From contig CAJFCJ010000004.1 in NCBI GenBank assembly GCA_904063045.1, positions 55,578 to 119,577 of the forward strand: DNA of 64,000 nt. The letters are read 5' to 3'. The notes under the pieces are model-generated. The model did no database searches. It was not told where the DNA came from and saw only the letters and a program-made list of their open reading frames with translations. The translations under genes and the position numbers were made by a program. Shown one piece after another: positions 59,214 through 64,000 of the stretch (position 1 is the first letter of the stretch; the number at the start of each line of letters is the position of its first letter). The stretch comes from Dimorphilus gyrociliatus (taxonomy: Eukaryota > Animalia > Annelida).

Positions 59214-62200
59214 ATGGCGGAAGACAACAAATGTAACAGCGGTAATTTTCTACTTTCTTACTTTTAACGAATGTCTTTTCTCTGTTGTGCAACTGATAAC
59301 AAAAACATTTATTGCCAACAAAGATAACTGAATAGTTGATCTTAAAATGAGCTAGATGTCTGCATGCTTTTTAGGTATTTCCAAAGCAAGAACCTCAACA
59401 GACAGTCCTGGTCAAGCTCTAACCAGTTTTAGCTAGTTCTCTTTTTTAAACAGTATGTTTATCGAAATGTTTTTCTAAAAACGTGACTGCTTTCTGCGTA
59501 TCGGTTAATTCATTCATCATATTATCCATTTATCGCTCGAATTATATCATTGCTTACTTTTCAGATTTGTCGAATAACCAATTTGTATTCGGACAAAATA
59601 TGGATGGACGAGTTGTAAAAGTTAGTAAACAAATTTTTTAAACATTTCATTTATAATCAGCTTGAGGATATATGATTTGTTCGAAACATTTCATTTTTTA
59701 AATCTCTGGAGATTAGACGATTACGGTCAATCAACCATAGGTTATGGATATCAGTTTGCATTGATGTACAACTAGCAACCTCTATTTTTATAAAAATTAT
59801 ATTGATTGAAGTAGCTCTTAAGAGTTTACAATATTTGTACCATATCTAATTTCAATAACAAACAAGTAAAGAATTTAGAAGAGTATACAAGAAGATGTCT
59901 TGTTTTATCTCAAGATTACTAAGTTATTCTTATTTTTGTAGAATAACCATTACCCCATGTAGAAGTACAGGCAAAGAAATAAATTATTTATTTCAATTAG
60001 TTAAAAGATAGCCATTTAACTTTCATTAAAATATTTATCTGCATAATTAAGTTTTTCGAAATGCGTATCTAAACAACAGGCCGGTGAACATCACAACTCT
60101 AAAGTAAAATTATGTTGCCAAAAAAGCAACAGTATTCTATAAGAATGTGTAAGAAACTTTCTTACTTTTTTTAAAGCAAGCCGAAAAAGAGAAATCAGAT
60201 TCTCCCAAAGCTCAAAGTATTATTCGTCCCGGAACAACTTTTAACCAAAAACCTTTTCCTAACACTCACGGTAACTATATTATGAATTGTTCTATTTTTC
60301 ATTTATTCGAAAGCAGGTTTAACTTAATATATATTTATAATTTCAGTGACTTCTTTAACACCAAGTAAAATGACGTCAAATCCATTTTCTGGAAGTGCAT
60401 CGACGTCCAACGATAGTATGTATTTGAACTTTTTTCTACAAGCAATTATCAGAGTATTCTACTTCTAGATTCCGATGGTATCCTTCAGAATAACCCGTTC
60501 GCTGAAAGAATAAATACGCATTCTATTTCAAGTGCGGGGAATTCCGATTCTGAAGGTAACATCTAGTAAATTTCTAGAAAAAATCTCTACCGATAATTCA
60601 AGAAACTAAACCGTATACACTAATATATTTTCGTTTTCTCTTTATATAGATGATCGAAATAAACCAATTGTTGCCCCCGCTCATTTTCAAGTTGCGACAG
60701 CAGTCAATTGTAATTTTCATACTTTCCCCTTTAAAAAATTTTTAATTTTATGTCTGATTAACAGCAAGAGGCTCAAGTTCATCCAGCTTTAAATTAAGAC
60801 CGTCTGCCCTAAGCAAACATACTGAAGGCATAGGAAAAGGAATATGCGTAAAAACTTTAGGTATGACCGAGTATAATGTCAGTAATTTACAGATAAATTA
60901 TTATTGATAAATGTTCAGGTGATAAAACAAAAACAAACGATAATAAAGAAAACGCTTCAAACTCAAAGTCCGCAAATGGAACGGTGGATAGTGATAAACA
61001 AAATGGAAACTCTCCCGATGAAACATCTTCATCAAATAACGCATCATCATCCTGCAACTTTGTATTCGGTCAAAACTTAGAAGATCGAGTTATGGTAATT
61101 TTTTATTAATACTATTATCATTGATTCTATTCAATGTTGATTTCTCTGTCAATTGTCTATAGAATACCCCTGTAAAATCGGATAAACAAAATGGTAATGG
61201 TTCAAAATCTCCAACCGATTTAAGTTTCAACACCGCACCCGAATTAGCAACAGAGGAGTCAACAGAAGATGAAAGTAAAACATTATTAGAATCTGCAGCT
61301 GAGTATGCAGCTAAACAGTCTATTCCTGAGTTACAAGAAGTGGAAACAATAACAGGTTAATTAATATTATACAATTTCCTCGCAATCTAATCGAGCTGAC
61401 TGTTTGTAGGGGAAGAGAATGAATCGAATGTTTTACAAATAAACGCCAAGTTATATGTTTTTGAGAAATCCTCTGGAACGTGGTTAGAGAGAGGAAGGGG
61501 TGTCCTCCGATTAAATGATATTGCAGCAGCCTCCGGTACAGATAACAATTCAGCTGTACTACATTCTAGACTCGTTATGAGAACTCAAGGCTCTCTTCGA
61601 CTGGTCTTAAACTCTAAAATTTGGTCATCTATGACAGTTGAAAGAGCCAATACCAAATCAGTTAGAATTACTGCCGCTGACGGCGATGATGGAGTGAAAG
61701 TGTGTTTGATAGTTGTAAGTGAACAATATTTTTAAATATACTTATACGAATTTATTGTTATTTATTTTTAATATTAGACTAGTGTTAAGGATGCAGACCA
61801 GATTTTTAGTGCTATTGATTGGAGGGTGCAACAACTACGTTCACAGGAGCAAAGGGAAGCCTCAACTTCAGCAACAACTGGCACCTCATCAGAAAATTTT
61901 GCTGCGAAAAGGACAAGACCATTCGAAGACGAATGGCAAACAGAAAATACGTCCAATACTACAGGCAAAAAGTTCAAGTAAATACTTTTAGTTTATTTAT
62001 GAAAAAATTTATTGTAAGGAGACATAATTCTTAATTGTAGAACGGAAAGCTACTCCAGAACTGAGGAATCGAACGACAGTAGCACTGTTGACCCTGAAAC
62101 TGAAGGTAGCTAGTTCAATTAATCAGCTCTTCTTTCACACCAAATTTTAAACAAATAAACAGCATCCAATAGCAGTGTAAGTTCGTCACCTCCAATCAAA

Positions 62201-62218
62201 TCATCATCATCGGAATGA
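59214..62218 (+). CDS. RANBP3: Ran-binding protein 3 (multi-exon)
   Basis: MAEDNK; NKPIVAPAHF; FKLRPSAL; NFVFGQNLEDRV (FxFG); RanBD TGEENESNVLQINAKLYVFEK..WLERGRGVLRLND..SRLVMRTQGSLRLVLNSKIW. Stop at 62216-62218 if the last small exon is used, otherwise TAG 62111-62113. Confidence 0.92.
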
Positions 62219-62663
62219 AAAACCGACTTGCCCAAAAATAAAAACGATAGAGAAGCACTTTTTCCCTTTCTTTTATAAATCTCATGACTAGCTGTATCTA
62301 AATTATGAACACTTCGTTTTACAAGTGTGGCTAATATTTGTAAAGAAAGAAAAAAGTTGTTAATCGTTATTAATATGTAAAATATATATGCTTAGAGCAA
62401 CTATTTTCCTCCGCCTTGTATAAATTGTTCATATTTAGCGATTTTCACAAGTTGGTTTCGTTATTTATTTTTAATGTAAAATAAACTCATGTTTTTGATT
62501 ACGGTTTTTTAACTACTTTCTTTCTCTCTTTTTAGAAAATGTTAAAAATATAACTTTTTGATGATTTCCCTTCTTTTTTAACGTTATATGCATAAAACAA
62601 GAATCAAAACAAGAAAAAATTTGCAATATTTCTTAAAGCATATCCTATCTTTCAAAAAAAAAT

Positions 62664-63713
62664 TTAATATCGATTTCCAATTACGGTTTTTCCGAAAGAA
62701 TACACAATAGCTTGCGGAGCACACGCATACTTCCCCCAAGCACCTAAAGGAACAACAAGAGCACTCGAATTGTCTTCAGAGCCGAAGTGTAGCGCCTGAT
62801 CAGTCACCAATTGAGCAGCTTTATTCGGATGCTGACAGGAAGAAACAATGTCAATAATTTCTTGATCGTTCAAAGCGTAAGATACTCCATCTGTTGCTAA
62901 CACTAGAAAAGCATCAAATCCATGTTTCACTCTTATATGCTTAATATCAGGATCTGCAATAATACCATTAAACTTCAATTCAGGGTCACCGAAACACCTA
63001 GACATTGCTAAACGACCCTGAACTCTTCCTCCACCAACTGACGATGATACAATTCTTCCTCCTTTTGACTCTATTCTCTCCCTTTCTGCTGGATTATCTG
63101 GGCTATGCTCCCGTGTCAACCTTACCACACTTCCTTTTCGATTTAATACTGCCAGAGAATCGCCAATATGCGCAACATACAAAAATTGATTATCTTTCAA
63201 AATACAGACAGTTGCTGTCGTTCCACAGCTGATATTTAATCTGTTCAGATACCAAGATAACCGATTATCAAATTCCAAAAAAGCATGCTTCAATGCTCTT
63301 TTCATATCACATCTATTCAACCAAAATCTTATATGACCTGGTAGATTCATAGCAGCGAACTGGGCTGCAACACTGCCAGAATGACCATCAAATATAGCAA
63401 ACATCATAACCCTGTTAGACAATCTACTAATGCACATCCGGTCTTCATTAGTCTTTCGTCTTCCTAATAGAGTTGCATGACCTACGTCTGTAAATTGAAT
63501 TCTTGGAATGGGCCTTCCGCTTTTTATACTTTGCTCAAGATGTAATTCTAAGTTTAGTCTGTTGTTCCAAGAACCTAGCGTATCAAAATTTACTCCTGGT
63601 TGAAAATCTCCACGATTTTCTGGATCTCCCAATCGCCTGTTACACAATCGATTTGCTTTCAAGCAGAAGCATCTCTTATTCACACAAAATAGTGATAATC
63701 GTCGAAGACTCAT
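62664..63713 (-). CDS. PPM1K: Mitochondrial PP2C-family phosphatase PPM1K-like (single exon, 349 aa)
   Basis: Arg-rich presequence; FDTLGSWNNR; metal-binding motifs NEDR, FDGHSG, CGTTAT, GDS, GRLAMSRCFGD, LATDG, GSEDN; VVPLGAWGKY. Confidence 0.9.
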   Translation of the reverse strand: MSLRRLSLFCVNKRCFCLKANRLCNRRLGDPENRGDFQPGVNFDTLGSWNNRLNLELHLEQSIKSGRPIPRIQFTDVGHATLLGRRKTNEDRMCISRLSNRVMMFAIFDGHSGSVAAQFAAMNLPGHIRFWLNRCDMKRALKHAFLEFDNRLSWYLNRLNISCGTTATVCILKDNQFLYVAHIGDSLAVLNRKGSVVRLTREHSPDNPAERERIESKGGRIVSSSVGGGRVQGRLAMSRCFGDPELKFNGIIADPDIKHIRVKHGFDAFLVLATDGVSYALNDQEIIDIVSSCQHPNKAAQLVTDQALHFGSEDNSSALVVPLGAWGKYACAPQAIVYSFGKTVIGNRY

Positions 63714-64000
63714 AAATATGTATTTTTTATTCGATATGCCTAAACAATTATTTTATACTGTTGTCAATTTATAAAAAAAATCTCTCGCTTTGTTTTTTTT
63801 TGGAAGATAAATTTTGGTAGCAGAATAGTCTATTTTTTCCTTAACCAGTTTTCATTTTTGCGTCATTTCCGCTATTTCGACTCAATTTTAAACACTTGTG
63901 CAATTTATTAAATTTAGAAGAGACTAGTTATTTGATTTATCGGAGATGTCAGATGATATGTTGATAGTAAATGGAAGCCTTTTGGAAGGAGTTTGTATTA

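Noticed and set aside
59375-59410. Possible 36-nt cassette exon in RANBP3 intron 1
   Set aside because: The frame fits but the donor (gtcaag) is weak and there is no homology support.

Overview
AT-rich (roughly 70% A+T by eye), very gene-dense animal genomic DNA with short GT-AG introns (mostly 50-130 nt) and many (TA)n/(AG)n microsatellites. There are about 22 genes in 64 kb. The style fits a compact invertebrate genome such as the meiobenthic annelid Dimorphilus; this taxon call is inference only. Most provided ORFs are single exons or microsatellite artefacts, so genes were rebuilt by hand from splice sites and codon phase. In order: a cluster of 8 claudin/PMP22-like genes (10 tetraspan domains; two genes encode 8-TM tandem fusions) with an orphan secreted-type ORF inside it; FGGY head-to-head with SIRT5; a creatine/taurine/GABA-clade SLC6 transporter with two candidate last exons; a SUEL-lectin-like/CUB-like type I membrane protein; a receptor guanylyl cyclase with a short, atypical Cys-rich ectodomain; a multi-exon gene for an N-terminally lipidated protein with two tandem RlaP/COG3541-type Pol-beta nucleotidyltransferase domains (first degenerate, second intact); FBXO25/32 head-to-head with AP-3 sigma (which has duplicated, probably mutually exclusive exons); a BTB-BACK-Kelch gene; U3 snoRNA; two intronless paralogous C2H2 zinc-finger genes; RANBP3; intronless PPM1K. 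The best candidate for an undescribed system is the membrane-anchored pseudo-enzyme/enzyme RlaP-like nucleotidyltransferase (37169-41685), whose catalytic exon is missing from the ORF track. Next are the 8-TM claudin-like fusions and the novel-ectodomain guanylyl cyclase.
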